The translations under genes were made by a program, and so were the position numbers. A model generated the notes under the pieces. That model was not told the origin of the DNA, did not search any database, and saw only the letters and a list, made by a program, of their open reading frames with translations. From assembly GCA_965113315.1 (NCBI GenBank), contig OZ220363.1: 64,000 bases of DNA. One strand, written 5' to 3'. This DNA comes from Podarcis vaucheri. Its lineage: Eukaryota. Shown piece after piece: positions 61,911 to 64,000 of this stretch; within the stretch, counting starts at the first letter, position 1, and every line of letters begins with the position of its first letter.

Positions 61911-64000
61911 TGTATCATCAGACGTATACCCTAATTTTCCTTTAGAAAGTACAGAGCACATAAGCACCACAGCATTAGGTGTTCCCAGATCATTAAATGT
62001 GTCCACCATGTCTTGCTCCTTTTTATAAGTTGACCCAATCTTATAGGAGAACCTATTGATTTATATGTATACCCCCAACCTTATGGCTTTAGTTGCAACA
62101 GCAACCAAAATACAAAGTAAGCCATTGCCCTGATTCAGCTATTGTGACATGGCACATTAGGAGCAGTTCTTCTTTCATGCAGTCATCCAGAGGGTCACAC
62201 CATATTCTGAAAAACTAGTCAGATCTAGACATCTGGCACTTGATTATGCTGAGGTTTGCTAGGACGATTAACATACATAACAGTGCGAGCAGATCAATAA
62301 GGCTGTAACATGAATCTACATACAGATGTGCTCCAAACAATGTAATCCAATTAATCCATGGTATGAAGTAAGGTGCATAGAAGGTGCAAGTGAGAATGTA
62401 TACACTAACTAAAATATATTGGACCACTGCTCAAGGTTTTCAATCCCTTGCGGGGTTACTCACAAGCAATGCTTGTTGTTCAGGACTCTTAAATCAGGGC
62501 TCTGGTTCAGTGCAATATGTGTGAAATAACACATATTGATTTTCTTTTATTTAAGATATTATACTGCTCATTATCCAGATTAAGTTGGGACTGTTTATAA
62601 TAAATTTCATTGATATCTTGCAGGATTGGGAGGGAAGTACCTCCGTAGGCTTTAGCATGAAGGAAGGCTCTCTTACTCTGTTAAAAGGTCTATAAGGTTT
62701 TGATTTATAACTGAACTGAGGGTCAAGGCAAGCAAAGCCATTATCATTATTCTTACACACACTAGGGAACTGAACTGTGTACAGAGGGCAGTGTACTTAA
62801 AAGGAGACGTAAGGAAGGAGAATGTAACACAGATCTGTGTTGTTGTTTTTTTAAAAATCTGACGTTTACAGATTCAAACAAAGGAATGTGATATAGTACT
62901 CAGACAGTAAATGTACAGTCCAGCTTCTTTGTTAAACAATGTGTGGCTAAAAGTTCTAGTTCCAAGCAGGAGTGAAAGCAACTTCCTTTTACTTGTTCTA
63001 CTTAAGGACCCAGTATTATTCCACTGCAATATCACTCTTTTTCACTAGGAGCTACTTCCTTGTTCCAATAACCCTGGTAGCCCTCATTCTTGGAACATGT
63101 TGCAGTTGTGTTCTGATTCTTGGTAACCCTAAGTTACATGCATTTGTTCCATTTTGCTTATCACAAAGCTGTTCGCCATAAAGTTACATTGTCAGCCCTT
63201 GGTTTACTTCAGGATAACTGGCATATTTTTGCAGAAATTCTGCCTTTGCAGAAACTGACAATGACTTCATTCCTGGATGCTAGGAGAAATCTAGCAGTAT
63301 TGTTATACCCTTTAGCTAACTTGGGGGGAGGGGGGAGGGAAGAGGGGAAAGTTGCTGAGGTTGAATTTAACAAAACCAGATTTGCCCATAGACTTGCAAG
63401 CGCTTAGTGTGTGGACTTTTTAATGCTTCAGGTGACATTGCTGCTGACTGAAGAACGTTCATCAAATCATAAAACTGCTGATAAGCCAGCTTTCCCGAAT
63501 AGGAACCTTCTGAAGGTTTCTCAGACTTTCTTAATACTTGAAGCTTAGTGGAAATGATTGAGATTATTAGAATATGTGGTGGAAAATGGGAGAGATCCCA
63601 AGGGTTTGACCATGCACTATCCCTTATGCCAGAATCTTAAAATATCATACCTGCTTGGAGTTTTAACAGCACAACATTATTGTTAACATGAGTGTGATAT
63701 CATTTTGGGGTCATTACACTAGCACAGTGACATTGGCAGGCCTCATCCTAAGTACTCACATGCTAGACCAACAATTCTTCAGATTAGATTATTAGTCTGT
63801 GGGAAATTGTCATTTTTCTATCTTTCTTTTGTCTAGTATCAACATCTATACATAGCAGTGCCAATACATTGTCTAAAATGGATATACTATATTAGAAAGG
63901 TGACACACTGATATATAAGCATAGTACTTTTCCTTCATTGATATGTGCATAATTTTTATTGATTCTCATGATAGCTCTTTGAGGGAGGTCACTAATATTC

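Noticed and set aside
34539-64000. ARHGAP15 exon 3 (expected ISRHRRNHSQH-like)
   Set aside because: No matching sequence was found by eye. It probably lies beyond the window or in an N gap, so its absence is not evidence of gene loss.

Overview
This is vertebrate nuclear DNA, not prokaryotic. The repeat content (Sauria SINEs, BovB, CR1, L2, Tc1/mariner and hAT MITEs) points to a squamate, most likely a lacertid lizard. The window holds the last four coding exons of KYNU (kynureninase; + strand, 3548-11252) and the 5' end of ARHGAP15 (first coding exon 34359-34538, ATG at 34374; + strand), the gene order also seen in human. ARHGAP15 exon 3 is not visible, so everything after 34538 is read as intron, including two N gaps. 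Nearly all ORFs in the supplied track are spurious or repeat-derived. I found no new multi-gene system. The best leads are regulatory or transposon-related: an exact IgH-promoter heptamer-octamer inside a hAT MITE about 1.9 kb upstream of a candidate ETS/RUNX ARHGAP15 promoter, a dense TALE-motif (TGACA) cluster, a candidate intronic alternative first exon, a solo LTR with a consensus splice donor, and related MITE families that share one scaffold but carry different internal repeat words. Repeat family names and all regulatory calls were made by eye and need database or experimental confirmation.
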